From positions 224,001 through 288,000 of the forward strand of contig JAVJQW010000043.1 in NCBI GenBank assembly GCA_040218735.1: 64,000 nt of DNA. The letters are read 5' to 3'. This stretch comes from Deltaproteobacteria bacterium. Lineage in GTDB: Bacteria; Myxococcota; Kuafuiibacteriia; Kuafuiibacteriales; Kuafuiibacteriaceae. The notes below the pieces were generated by a model. The model ran no database searches. It saw nothing but the letters and a program-made list of their open reading frames with translations, and had not been told where the DNA came from. Below are positions 8,110 through 17,410 of this stretch, one piece after another (the first letter of the stretch is position 1; every line of letters begins with the position of its first letter). The position numbers were made by a program, and so were the translations under genes.

Positions 8110-9606
8110 CTATTCGATCCGCGGTGCGGTGACACGGCGATGTTCGTTCGGCGCGAGCTCGATCGACGCGCGGTGCCGGACGGATCCGTCGGCGGGGTGG
8201 ATCAACTCGATGACGTGGTGGCCCGCCGTCGTCTTCACGCGGTAGCGCGGCGTGTTGCCGATGAGCTCACCGTCGATGCGCACCGTCGCGTACGGCTCCG
8301 CGAAGATCGTGAGCGACGCGGGCTCGACCGGCGCGGGCTCCGTCGGCTTGGGTGCGGGGCGTTCGCGACGTTCCGGGCGCTTCGTGACGCGGCGTGGGAT
8401 CTTCCGCCGCGGTGGCGGGGGCGGTGGTTCCTCCGACTTCGTCGCCGTCGCCACCGGCGTGGACGGCGGGGGCGCCGTGGTCTTCGTCACGGGATCTTCT
8501 GCGGTCGGCCGCGAAGCGAAGAACACCCCGGCGGCGAGCACGGCCGCGGCGAGGAGGAGAAACAGCTTCGTCCCTTTTGTCCCAGACGTGGGCTCGGGTG
8601 TCTCGGGGCTCGGGAGGTCCGGCACCGTCGACACGTCCGGCGCGCGTCCCGTCGGCGCGGCGGCGGAGCTCAGCCCGCGAACGAAGGCCTCGTGATCGCG
8701 CCGCTCCTCGTCGAGTGTTTGCGCTACGAGCTCGACGAGCGGGAGGCCGTCGAGGGTCGGGGCGAGCGCCTCGAGCGCTTGCGCCATCTCGAGCGCCGAG
8801 CCGCAGCGCTCCTCGCGATCGCGCGCGAGTGCGTTCATCACGATCGTGTCGAGCGCCGCTGGGACGTTCGCGCCCGCGGCGCTGGGCGGCTCGATGGGCT
8901 GCGAGCACACCGCCATCCCCATCGCGTACGGCGAGTCGCCTTCGAAGAGCCGCGCGCCCGTCAGCAGCTCGTGAAGGACGACCCCCGCTGCGAACACGTC
9001 GACGCGGTGATCGATCTGCAGGCCCTTCCACTGCTCGGGCGCCATGTAACCCGGCTTGCCCTTCACCGTCCCGAACGCGGTCACCGGCTGTTCACGCTCG
9101 AGCGCAAACGCGATGCCGAAGTCGATCAGCTTCACGGAGCCCGCGTACGTGATCATCACGTTGTCGGGGCTGACGTCGCGGTGCACGACGCCGAGCGGTC
9201 GACCGTGTGTGTCTTCGAGGTCGTGCGCGTGCGCCAATCCACGGCACGTCTGGGCCACGGCGTCGACGGCTGCGCGTGGCGTGAGCGGCGCCGCGCGGCG
9301 CGCAAGTAGGTCGAGGGTCACGCCCGCGACGAGCTCCAACACGAGGTAGACCTGCGTGCCTTCCTCGAACACGTCGAGCACCTGCGCGATGTTCGGATGG
9401 TCGAGGCGCGCGAGCAGCCGCGCTTCGTCGCGGAGCGCGAGCCGGTACGCGGGGTCCGCCTGGTACGTCCCGAGCAGTGTCTTGATCGCGACGAGCTTCT
9501 CGAACCCGAACGCGCCGCGGCGGCGCCCGACCGCCACGCGACCCATCCCTCCCGCGTGCAGCTCGGCGAGCACCTCGTACACGCCGAGGATGTCGCCCGG
9601 TCTCAT
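8110..9606 (-). CDS. Membrane Ser/Thr protein kinase with PEGA-like C-terminus
   Basis: GGMG, VAIK, HRDVSPDN, DFG, YMAPE, TM segment, Pro-rich linker. Confidence 0.95.
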   Translation of the reverse strand: MRPGDILGVYEVLAELHAGGMGRVAVGRRRGAFGFEKLVAIKTLLGTYQADPAYRLALRDEARLLARLDHPNIAQVLDVFEEGTQVYLVLELVAGVTLDLLARRAAPLTPRAAVDAVAQTCRGLAHAHDLEDTHGRPLGVVHRDVSPDNVMITYAGSVKLIDFGIAFALEREQPVTAFGTVKGKPGYMAPEQWKGLQIDHRVDVFAAGVVLHELLTGARLFEGDSPYAMGMAVCSQPIEPPSAAGANVPAALDTIVMNALARDREERCGSALEMAQALEALAPTLDGLPLVELVAQTLDEERRDHEAFVRGLSSAAAPTGRAPDVSTVPDLPSPETPEPTSGTKGTKLFLLLAAAVLAAGVFFASRPTAEDPVTKTTAPPPSTPVATATKSEEPPPPPPRRKIPRRVTKRPERRERPAPKPTEPAPVEPASLTIFAEPYATVRIDGELIGNTPRYRVKTTAGHHVIELIHPADGSVRHRASIELAPNEHRRVTAPRIE

Positions 9607-10937
9607 TCGCGTTTGATTCCGTGTTTCTGGAGGAGCTCGCGGAACGTCTTTCGGTTGAGGCCGGCGTGCTCCGCGGCGCGCGTGACGTTGTAGTCGCACT
9701 TCGCCCAGACCGAGGCGAGGTACCGGCGCTCGAAGCGCTCCACGAGGCGCTCCTTCGCTTCCTTGAACGACAGCGCGAGATCGGATGCGCCGTCGTCGTT
9801 CGGCTCGAAGGCGCCCCCGAGCCAGAGGTCGAGCGTTCGAAACGCACGACGCTCGGGAGGCGTCAGCACCCACGCACGCTCCAGGACGTTGCGCAGCTCG
9901 CGCACGTTACCGGGCCACGCGTGTTCGCGGAGGCGGGTGAGGTTGTCGCCGTCGATCGGCCCGGGGTCGATGCCACGCCCGCGGTAGAAGTGCTCGATGA
10001 GGACCGGGAGGTCCTCCAGCCGTTCGCGCAGCGGAGGTAGTCGCACGTGCACGACCGCGATGCGGTGGAAGAGATCGAAGCGGAACGTCTGGGCGTCGAC
10101 CATTGCCGACAGGTCGCGGTGGGTGGCGGCGACGATGCGGGCGTCGACGCTCGTGCGGTGGTCCGCGCCGACCGGTTGCACGGTCTGGTCCTCGAGCGCG
10201 CGGAGCAACTTGGCTTGCTGCGCGAGCGGGAGCTCACCCAGCTCGTCGAGGAACAACGTTCCGCCGCTCGCGGTCACCAGCGCCCCGGCGCGATCGTCGA
10301 GCGCACCGGTGAATGCGCCGCGCCGGTGGCCGAAGAGTTGGCTGTCGACGAGGCTGTCCGCGATCGCGCTGCAGTCGACGACGACGAGCTCGTTCGACGC
10401 ACGCGGCGAGTGGTCGTGCAGCGCGCGGGCGACGAGCTCCTTGCCGGTGCCGGTCTCCCCCTCGACCAGCACGGTCGCGTCGGAGTTTGCGGCGAGCTCG
10501 AGGATCGCGAAGATCTCGCGCATCGTCGCGCTCGTCCCGACGAGCTCTCCGAACCTGCTGCGCTGGCTCGGCGTGACGGAGAGGGCGGGGCGATCCTCGA
10601 CCTTGAGGGTGGTCCCGCCGACGACGATCGACGCACCGAGTGGGACGCGGGCCTCCGTGATCCGGGAGCCCTGGTAGTGGGTGCCGTTGGTGCTGTCGAG
10701 GTCGCGGACGCGGACGCCGTCCGCGGTGAGGGCGAGCTCGGCGTGTCGGCGTGAGACACGGCCGTCCGCGAGGACGAGGTCGCAGCTCGCGTCGGCGCCG
10801 ACGGTGACCGGGCGCGCGCCGATGAGCACCTCCCCGGGCGCCCCGACGACGCGGCACACGGCGCGCTTCGGGGCCCGGCCGACGTTCGAGCTGACGAGCC
10901 CCGTGCTGATCCGGGTAACGCGCAGATCGTCGGCCAT
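9603..10937 (-). CDS. FHA-domain sigma54-dependent transcriptional activator
   Basis: VSRRHA/DLDSTNGT (FHA), GETGTGKE, GAFTGA, WPGNVREL, Fis-type HTH. Confidence 0.95.
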   Translation of the reverse strand: MADDLRVTRISTGLVSSNVGRAPKRAVCRVVGAPGEVLIGARPVTVGADASCDLVLADGRVSRRHAELALTADGVRVRDLDSTNGTHYQGSRITEARVPLGASIVVGGTTLKVEDRPALSVTPSQRSRFGELVGTSATMREIFAILELAANSDATVLVEGETGTGKELVARALHDHSPRASNELVVVDCSAIADSLVDSQLFGHRRGAFTGALDDRAGALVTASGGTLFLDELGELPLAQQAKLLRALEDQTVQPVGADHRTSVDARIVAATHRDLSAMVDAQTFRFDLFHRIAVVHVRLPPLRERLEDLPVLIEHFYRGRGIDPGPIDGDNLTRLREHAWPGNVRELRNVLERAWVLTPPERRAFRTLDLWLGGAFEPNDDGASDLALSFKEAKERLVERFERRYLASVWAKCDYNVTRAAEHAGLNRKTFRELLQKHGIKRE

Positions 10938-10959
10938 GGAACGGTCGGTAGCGTACCGG

Positions 10960-10965
10960 TACAAT
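10960..10965 (+). promoter_or_regulatory. -10 box (TACAAT) of probable leaderless transcript
   Basis: TACAAT 6 nt before GTG 10972, no SD. Confidence 0.55.
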
Positions 10966-10971
10966 CACGAC

Positions 10972-11664
10972 GTGGCCACACGCGTTCCCGGCGGCGGCGT
11001 CGCCAAGAATCCGTTTGGTCCCACTTGGGTCGGCGGCAAAGAGCAGGCGCAGTCCCTCGGCGACCAGGTGCAGGACAGCCTGTTCGGTCGTCCGAAGCCG
11101 CCGGTGCTCGACGAGGACGACGCCGAGATCAGCGCGCTCATGGCGCGGCTGCACGTGTACCGCAAGAAGCTCGCACGGCTCGTCGGCGACGACGAGTCCG
11201 AGTACGACCTGTGCCTCTCGGCGGGGACGATCGCGGCGATCGACTCGGAGGGGATGATCTACGTCGGGCGCGAGTTCCTGCTCGGCGCCGCCGACAGCCT
11301 CGACACACAGGTCGGCGTCATCGCGCACGAGATCGGCCACCGCCCGAAGCGCTGGGCCGAGTACCGCGAGGCCCGGCCGCAGACCGCGGACGAGCTCGCG
11401 GACCTGTGCCGGCTCGAAGAGACACGCGCGGACTACTTCGCGGGCCACGCGCTCGCGCAGCTCGGCCTCGCGTGTGAACCGCTCTGCGCGTTCCTGATCC
11501 GCATGCAGGTGCACCCGCACCCCGAGTACTTCTCGGGCGAGCTCCGCGCGAAGACGATCCGCGAAGCGCACGGCGCCGGGCTCAGGAAGAAGACGAACCT
11601 GAGGAAGTTCTTCCCGGAGCTCGCGCGGATGACCTCGGCGTCGGGGGACCTGGGCGACGGTTAG
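10972..11664 (+). CDS. M48-like zinc metallopeptidase domain protein
   Basis: GVIAHEIGH and EETRADYFAG; no signal peptide. Confidence 0.75.
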   Translation: MATRVPGGGVAKNPFGPTWVGGKEQAQSLGDQVQDSLFGRPKPPVLDEDDAEISALMARLHVYRKKLARLVGDDESEYDLCLSAGTIAAIDSEGMIYVGREFLLGAADSLDTQVGVIAHEIGHRPKRWAEYREARPQTADELADLCRLEETRADYFAGHALAQLGLACEPLCAFLIRMQVHPHPEYFSGELRAKTIREAHGAGLRKKTNLRKFFPELARMTSASGDLGDG

Positions 11665-12041
11665 GTTTCGGGGCGCGTCGACCACCAGGCGAGCGCCATC
11701 AGCGGCACCTGGAAGACGAACCGCACCCAGTTGAGCGCACCGAGTCCCTCTTCGGCGCCGAACACGGCGACGTTCTCCATCGCGATGTGCAGGTTGGCTG
11801 GCCACACCGCGACCAGCAGCGCGACGACGCCCCACCCGGCGTAGGGCCGGATCCGTTTGACGAGGAGCGCGCCGCCGACGGCGATCTCGGCGACGCCGGA
11901 GAGCAGGATCAACGCGCCGTGCGCCGGGAGGTACGGCGGCATCATGGGCTCGTAGACGGCCGGTGACACGAAGTGCATCGCGCCGGCGAACACGTAGAAG
12001 AGCGCCTGGAAGTAGACGAGGATGAGTTTGAGCTTGGCCAT
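11661..12041 (-). CDS. DoxX-family membrane protein
   Basis: AGAMHF...MMPPYLP...SGVAEI...VWPANLH...R..FQVPL. Confidence 0.9.
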   Translation of the reverse strand: MAKLKLILVYFQALFYVFAGAMHFVSPAVYEPMMPPYLPAHGALILLSGVAEIAVGGALLVKRIRPYAGWGVVALLVAVWPANLHIAMENVAVFGAEEGLGALNWVRFVFQVPLMALAWWSTRPET

Positions 12042-12049
12042 GGTCAGAG

Positions 12050-13024
12050 TCAGGGTCGTACGACGACCTTGCCGATCACTTCGCGCCGCTCGAGCGCTTC
12101 GAGCGCCTGGTGGGCGTCGGCGAGCGCGTAGGCCTTCGACACCACCGGCCGAATCTTGCCTTCGTTGCGCCAGGCGATCAGCTCCTCGAGGTGCTTCGTG
12201 TTGCGTTCGATCTCCCGCGCCGCGAACGAACCCCAGAACACCCCCACCACCTGGCATCCTTTCAGTAGAACGAGGTTGAACGGGAGCTTCGGGATGTCCC
12301 CCGCCGCGAACCCCACCACGAGGTAGCGCCCCTCCCACGCGATCGCACGCAGCGCGGGCTCGGCGAAGGGGCCGCCGACCGGATCGTAGATGACGTCCGC
12401 GCCGTTGCCGTCGGTGAGCTCCTTCGTGCGCTTCTTCAGGTCCTCGGAGGTGTAGTCGATCGTCGCGTCGGCACCGGCTTCGACGCACGCCGCGCGCTTC
12501 GCTTCGGTCGACGCCGCGGCGATCACCCGCGCACCCATCGCCTTGCCGATCTGAATCGCCGCGATGCCCACGCCGCCCGCCGCGCCGAGCACGAGGAGCG
12601 TCTCGCCGGCCTTCAGCTGCGCGCGATCTTCGAGCGCGTGTTTCGACGTCGCATACGTGAGGAGGAAGGCCGCGGCCTCGTCGTCCTCCATCCCGTTCGG
12701 GATCTTCAGCGTCACGAGCGCCTCCGCGACGACCTGCTCCGCGAAGCCACCCCACGGCACGGTCGCGAACACCCGGTCGCCCACCGCGAACCCCTCGACG
12801 CGCTCCCCGACGGCGCTCACGACGCCGGCGACCTCGTTCCCCGGCGAGAACGGGAACGGCGGCTTGAACTGGTAGAGGCCCTGCACCATCAACAGGTCGG
12901 GGAAGTTAACGCCCGCGGCGTTCACGTCGATGCGGACCTGCGTCGGTCCGGGCTCGGGCGAGGGCGCCTCCTCCACGACGAGCTGTGAAGGGGGACCGAA
13001 CTGTTTGCAGAGCACCGCTTTCAT
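12050..13024 (-). CDS. NADPH:quinone oxidoreductase family (MDR/zeta-crystallin)
   Basis: AAGVNFPD, PGNEVAG, LGAAGGVG, DPVGG. Confidence 0.95.
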   Translation of the reverse strand: MKAVLCKQFGPPSQLVVEEAPSPEPGPTQVRIDVNAAGVNFPDLLMVQGLYQFKPPFPFSPGNEVAGVVSAVGERVEGFAVGDRVFATVPWGGFAEQVVAEALVTLKIPNGMEDDEAAAFLLTYATSKHALEDRAQLKAGETLLVLGAAGGVGIAAIQIGKAMGARVIAAASTEAKRAACVEAGADATIDYTSEDLKKRTKELTDGNGADVIYDPVGGPFAEPALRAIAWEGRYLVVGFAAGDIPKLPFNLVLLKGCQVVGVFWGSFAAREIERNTKHLEELIAWRNEGKIRPVVSKAYALADAHQALEALERREVIGKVVVRP

Positions 13025-13038
13025 GACGCGGGACCTTA

Positions 13039-13551
13039 CTACAGCGCGGCCGCGACGCTACGCAGCGTCTGCTCGGGCGCTTCGTCGATCACGCGGTGGT
13101 GCGAGACGATCACCCGTCGGAGGCGGGGCGTGGCCGCGAGACCCTCCAACGCGCCCCTGAGCGCGGCGCGGTCCTTCATCATGAACCACCGGAACACCCG
13201 CGACACCCGCGGCCCCCCGGTCGACTGCGTCACGTATTTGAACACGAAGCCCGTGAGCCCCGAGCCGTGCGGCACGTTGAACACGGAGTCGTTGAGGACG
13301 ACCGTCGCGCCCTCTTCGTCCACGACGGTCATCACGCCCTCTCCCTCGGCCACGCCGTCGAGGTGGGCGAGCCGGACGACGTCGTCGCTGTCGTACGCGT
13401 CGTAGGTCAGGTCGACCGGGACGACCTTCTCGACGCGTTTCTTCGCGCCGCGCGGGCACACCATGGCGATGTTCGGGTAGCGCGCCTTGAACGCCGCGGC
13501 GTCCATGCGGTGGTAGCCGTTGGGGACGACGAGGAACGCCGGCTCGGCCAT
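13039..13551 (-). CDS. DUF4336-like (MBL-fold) protein, apparently N-terminally shortened
   Basis: EPAFLVVPNGYHRMDA...RYP and RVIVSHH. ATG 13551 is the only start clear of the divergent gene. Confidence 0.6.
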   Translation of the reverse strand: MAEPAFLVVPNGYHRMDAAAFKARYPNIAMVCPRGAKKRVEKVVPVDLTYDAYDSDDVVRLAHLDGVAEGEGVMTVVDEEGATVVLNDSVFNVPHGSGLTGFVFKYVTQSTGGPRVSRVFRWFMMKDRAALRGALEGLAATPRLRRVIVSHHRVIDEAPEQTLRSVAAAL

Positions 13552-13600
13552 CGCCGCGGGACGATACCCGAAGACGAACCTCGCGGTATGCTCCCCGACA

Positions 13601-16471
13601 GTGCTGGCCCGACTGCTCGGAATCCGCGACGAGGATCGACGCGACACCCTCGTCGCGTTCGCCGTCCTCGCCGCGATGATGGCGGGCCACGCGCTCCTGG
13701 AGACCGCCCGCGACGCCCTGTTCCTGGCCAAGCTCGACGCCGACCGACTGCCGCTCACGTACATCGCGATCGCGGGCCTCGCGCTGGTCGTCGGTGCTGC
13801 CAACCGGCGCCTCCTCGAACGCTTCTCCGCCCGGCGCCTGCTCGCGTTCACGCTCCTCGTCGGCGCCGGGATCACCGCGGCGTTCTACGTCTTCCTCGAT
13901 CCCGCCGACCCGCTGATGCTCGGCGCCTTCTACGTCTGGGTCGGCCTCCTCGCGACGATGGTCGTGCTCCAGTTCTGGCTGCAGCTCGCCGCCGTGTTCG
14001 ACGTGGGGCAGGCGAAGCGTGTCTTCTCCATCGTCGGCGCCGGCGGCCTCGTGGGCGCGACGTTGGGCTCGCTCACTGCGAGCGCCGTGTTGGCGATCGC
14101 GGACGCACGCGCGCTGATGATCGCGGGCGTCGTTTGTTTCGTCGTCGCGGCGGTGCTCCCGATCGGCTTTTCGAAACCGCCGGAGCCGGCGGTGCCGCGT
14201 CGCCGAGCGTCACGTGAGCGCGCGCGCCCGTTCCGCAGCCCTTACCTGAGTCGGCTCTTCGTCGTCGCGCTGACGTCGGCCGTGTTGATCACCGGCGTCG
14301 ACTACCTGTTCAAGGCCGCCGTCGCCGCGGACCACGCCGACGCCGCTTCCCTCGGTGCGTTCTTCGCGCGCTTCTATGCCGTGATCAACGCGGTGTCGCT
14401 CGTCGTGCAGCTCGCCATCGCGCCGCGGTTGCTCCGGTCGCTCGGTGTCCATCGCACGCTCCTCTTCCTCCCGGGCGCGTTGCTGTTCGGCGCTGCGGGG
14501 TTCGCGGTGTTCGGCGGGCTCGTCCCCGCCGTGCTCCTCAAGAGCGCCGACGGCGCGCTGCGGCACTCCGTGAACCGGACCGGCAACGAGATCCTCTACC
14601 TCCCGCTGACCGCCGACGTGCGTGCGCGCTTCAAGAGCTTCGTCGAGGCGGTCGGACAACGCGGCGGGCAGGCGCTCGCGTCCGTGCTCCTCCTCGCGGC
14701 GACGCTCGCGGGCGCCGAGCACTTCCACATCGCCGTGGCGCTCGTGGGGCTCGCGGTCGTGTGGCTCGCCGCGGTGCGCACCATCGAGCCGCACTACCTG
14801 GAGCTGTTTCGTCGGCAGCTCCGCGAGGGCAAGGTCGACACCAACGTCGCGGTCCCGGATCTCGATCTCGGCTCGCTCGAGGCGCTCATCGCGGCGCTCT
14901 CTTCGCCGGACGACAACGAGGTCCTCGCCGCCCTCGACATGTTCGCGGCGTTCAAGAAGACGAACCTGATCCCCGCGCTGATCCTGTTCCACCCGTCGTC
15001 GGCGGTGGTCACGCGCGCTTTCGATCTGTTCTTCGCGACGGAGCGCACCGACGTCCTCCGCGTCGCCGAACGTCTCCTCGACCACTCGGCCGGCGCCGCG
15101 GCTTCGCCGCGCCCCCTGAGCACCTCGCGCGCTTCCCCCCTCACGGGGGGGCGCGCACTCGAGCACCCCGAGCCCGAGGTGCGGGCCGCTGCGCTTCGGC
15201 TGTTCGCGTCGGCCGGTGCGCACGACGACAAACTCGCCAGCCACGTCGACTCCGAGCACCCCGAGCTGCGCGCCGTCGCGCTCGCGTGGCAGGCACGCCG
15301 CGGGCTCGCGTCCGACGAGAGCATCAACGCCGGCCTCGAAGCCCTCGTCGACTCCGATGACGTCCGCGACCGACTCGCCGCGCTCTACGCGGTGCGTGAC
15401 GCGCCGCCGGAGCGCTTCGCGCACATCGCGCTGCGCCTCGCCGACGATCCCGACTGGTCCGTGCCGCCGCGCGTCGCGCGCGCGATGGCCGAGACACCGT
15501 CGCCCGAGTACCTCCCCGCGCTGGTTCGGCTCCTCGCGCACCGCTCCGGTCGCGCGGCTGCGCGCGTCGCGTTGTTGAAGCTCGGCGAGCCCGCCCTGGA
15601 AGCGCTCCGCGCCGCCCTCCTCGATCCCGCCGCGCCGCGCCCGGTTCGGCTGCACGTCCCGCGGACGCTCGCGCGCTTCGACGACCCGCGCGCGTGGGAC
15701 ATCCTCATCGAGCGCGTGCAGGTCGAGCAGGACGATCGAGTGCTCTTCAAGATCCTCCGCGCCCTCAATCGCATGCAGTTCGACGGACGCGACGGCTCCT
15801 TCGACCGTGCCGCGTTGCTGCAGCGCGCGAGGTCGCTCGTCGAGCAGGCGGTCACCGCTCTGTCGTGGCGCCTCTGCGTTTCCGCGTACCTCGAACGCAA
15901 CCCGTCGGCGAAGACCCCGGCCGCGCAACTTCTCTTGCAGCTCACCGAGGAGAAGGAGCAGGGCGCGATGTACCGTACGTTCCGCTTGCTCCCCGTGGTG
16001 CTGCCTCGCGAGGACTTCCGGAGCATCTACTTCGGGCTCCGCAGCGAAGAGGCGAAGACCCGCGCATCCACGCGCGAGCTGCTGTCCCACGTCATCGACC
16101 CGCCCGTGCGTGACCTACTCCTGTGTATGGTCGACGAGCTCTCGGACCTCGGTCGCCTCGAAGCCGCGCAAACGCTGTTCCGACCGCCGCATCGGTCGGC
16201 CTTCGTCGCCGCGCTCGACGCCGACGACGCGACCCTGCACCGCGCCTACGCGAAGGTCCTCCGCGACGTGCTCGACGATCCGAACCTCACGCTCCGCGGC
16301 GTCGCGGGGCACCACATCACGGAGCTCGGGCTCGGCGAGCTCGCGGACGCGGATCGCCGCGCCGAGGACAGCTCGCTCACCTCCCTCGCGGAGCGCGCGT
16401 CGGGGCTGCTCGCCAAGCGACGCCGACCGGTGTCCGTACGAGAAGTACGGGAAGTCGGGCAGGCGCAGTAG
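13601..16471 (+). CDS. Npt1/Npt2 (TLC/NTT) nucleotide-transporter-like protein with HEAT repeats
   Basis: ETARDALFL, QFW...QAKRVF, VDYLFK, ILYLPL...R.RFK; about 12 TM segments, then HEAT repeats. GTG 13601. Confidence 0.88.
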   Translation: MLARLLGIRDEDRRDTLVAFAVLAAMMAGHALLETARDALFLAKLDADRLPLTYIAIAGLALVVGAANRRLLERFSARRLLAFTLLVGAGITAAFYVFLDPADPLMLGAFYVWVGLLATMVVLQFWLQLAAVFDVGQAKRVFSIVGAGGLVGATLGSLTASAVLAIADARALMIAGVVCFVVAAVLPIGFSKPPEPAVPRRRASRERARPFRSPYLSRLFVVALTSAVLITGVDYLFKAAVAADHADAASLGAFFARFYAVINAVSLVVQLAIAPRLLRSLGVHRTLLFLPGALLFGAAGFAVFGGLVPAVLLKSADGALRHSVNRTGNEILYLPLTADVRARFKSFVEAVGQRGGQALASVLLLAATLAGAEHFHIAVALVGLAVVWLAAVRTIEPHYLELFRRQLREGKVDTNVAVPDLDLGSLEALIAALSSPDDNEVLAALDMFAAFKKTNLIPALILFHPSSAVVTRAFDLFFATERTDVLRVAERLLDHSAGAAASPRPLSTSRASPLTGGRALEHPEPEVRAAALRLFASAGAHDDKLASHVDSEHPELRAVALAWQARRGLASDESINAGLEALVDSDDVRDRLAALYAVRDAPPERFAHIALRLADDPDWSVPPRVARAMAETPSPEYLPALVRLLAHRSGRAAARVALLKLGEPALEALRAALLDPAAPRPVRLHVPRTLARFDDPRAWDILIERVQVEQDDRVLFKILRALNRMQFDGRDGSFDRAALLQRARSLVEQAVTALSWRLCVSAYLERNPSAKTPAAQLLLQLTEEKEQGAMYRTFRLLPVVLPREDFRSIYFGLRSEEAKTRASTRELLSHVIDPPVRDLLLCMVDELSDLGRLEAAQTLFRPPHRSAFVAALDADDATLHRAYAKVLRDVLDDPNLTLRGVAGHHITELGLGELADADRRAEDSSLTSLAERASGLLAKRRRPVSVREVREVGQAQ
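15086..15166. repeat. 81-bp in-frame palindromic (REP-like) insertion in CDS
   Basis: Hairpins CGCGGC-TTC-GCCGCG and GCGCGC-TT-CCCCCC-TCAC-GGGGGG-GCGCGC between near-direct repeats CTCGACCAC (15077) and CTCGAGCAC (15158). Confidence 0.6.
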
Positions 16472-16480
16472 GAGGTATCG

Positions 16481-17410
16481 ATGGTCGCCGTCGCCCAACC
16501 GTCCTCGAACGTCCAGCGGATGCTCACGCTCCGCACCTTCCCCGCGTTCTCGGCGCTCGCGCCCGACGAGCTCGTGGTCATGGCCGAGCAGTGCACCGAT
16601 CACTTCTTCGCGAAGGGGGAGGTGATCTCGAAGGGCGGCGTCCCGGTGCCTGGTCTTCACCTCGTCGTGGAGGGCAAGGTGCAGATCCTCCGTGACGGCA
16701 AACCGTACCGACTGATGAAGGAGCGCGAGTCGGTCGGCGGCATCGCGTCGCTGACGCAGGACCCGCGCGGCGTCGACGCGGTCGCGGTCGAGGACACCAC
16801 GACGCTGGCGCTGACGCGGGAGCGGATGGAGGACGTCTTCGAGGACAACTTCGCGATCATGTCCGCGGTGATGCGGGTCCTCGCGCGGACGCTCGTGGAA
16901 GCGCGGCAGCTCCGCGGTTCGACGGCGGGGTTCGCGGTCGAGAAGGAGCACGAGGGGCAACACCGCGCCGAGCCGCTGGATCTGATGGACCGCATCTTCT
17001 TCCTCACCCGCACGCTCAGCTTCTCCGGCGCGAGCATCGAGAGCCTCGCCGAGCTCGCGAGCGGCGCGCAGGAGGTTCGTTACGCGCCGGGTGACGTGCT
17101 GTGGAACGTGGGGGATCCGGCCGGACACTTCGTCGCGATCCACAGCGGCCTCGTCGCGTGCGCGACGGCCGACGCGAAGCAGCAGTTCGCCCTCGGCGCG
17201 GGCTCCACGGCGGGGGGCATGGACGCTCTGGCGTCGGACCCGCGCTGGTTCGGTGCGACGGCGCAGACCCCGGTCGTCGTGCTGCGCGTGGAAGTCGCAG
17301 ACTTCTTCGATCTGTTCGAGGACAACGTCGAGATGTCGATGGCGATGATGCGCACGCTCGCGTTTGCGATCGAGCGCCAGTACGAAGCGATGATGGCGGG
17401 GCGTGACTAG
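16481..17410 (+). CDS. Tandem cyclic-nucleotide-binding domain protein
   Basis: Two CAP_ED-like domains (FAKGEVI...LVVEGKV; YAPGDVLW..GDPA...IHSGLV); AGGAGG SD; no HTH. Confidence 0.88.
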   Translation: MVAVAQPSSNVQRMLTLRTFPAFSALAPDELVVMAEQCTDHFFAKGEVISKGGVPVPGLHLVVEGKVQILRDGKPYRLMKERESVGGIASLTQDPRGVDAVAVEDTTTLALTRERMEDVFEDNFAIMSAVMRVLARTLVEARQLRGSTAGFAVEKEHEGQHRAEPLDLMDRIFFLTRTLSFSGASIESLAELASGAQEVRYAPGDVLWNVGDPAGHFVAIHSGLVACATADAKQQFALGAGSTAGGMDALASDPRWFGATAQTPVVVLRVEVADFFDLFEDNVEMSMAMMRTLAFAIERQYEAMMAGRD

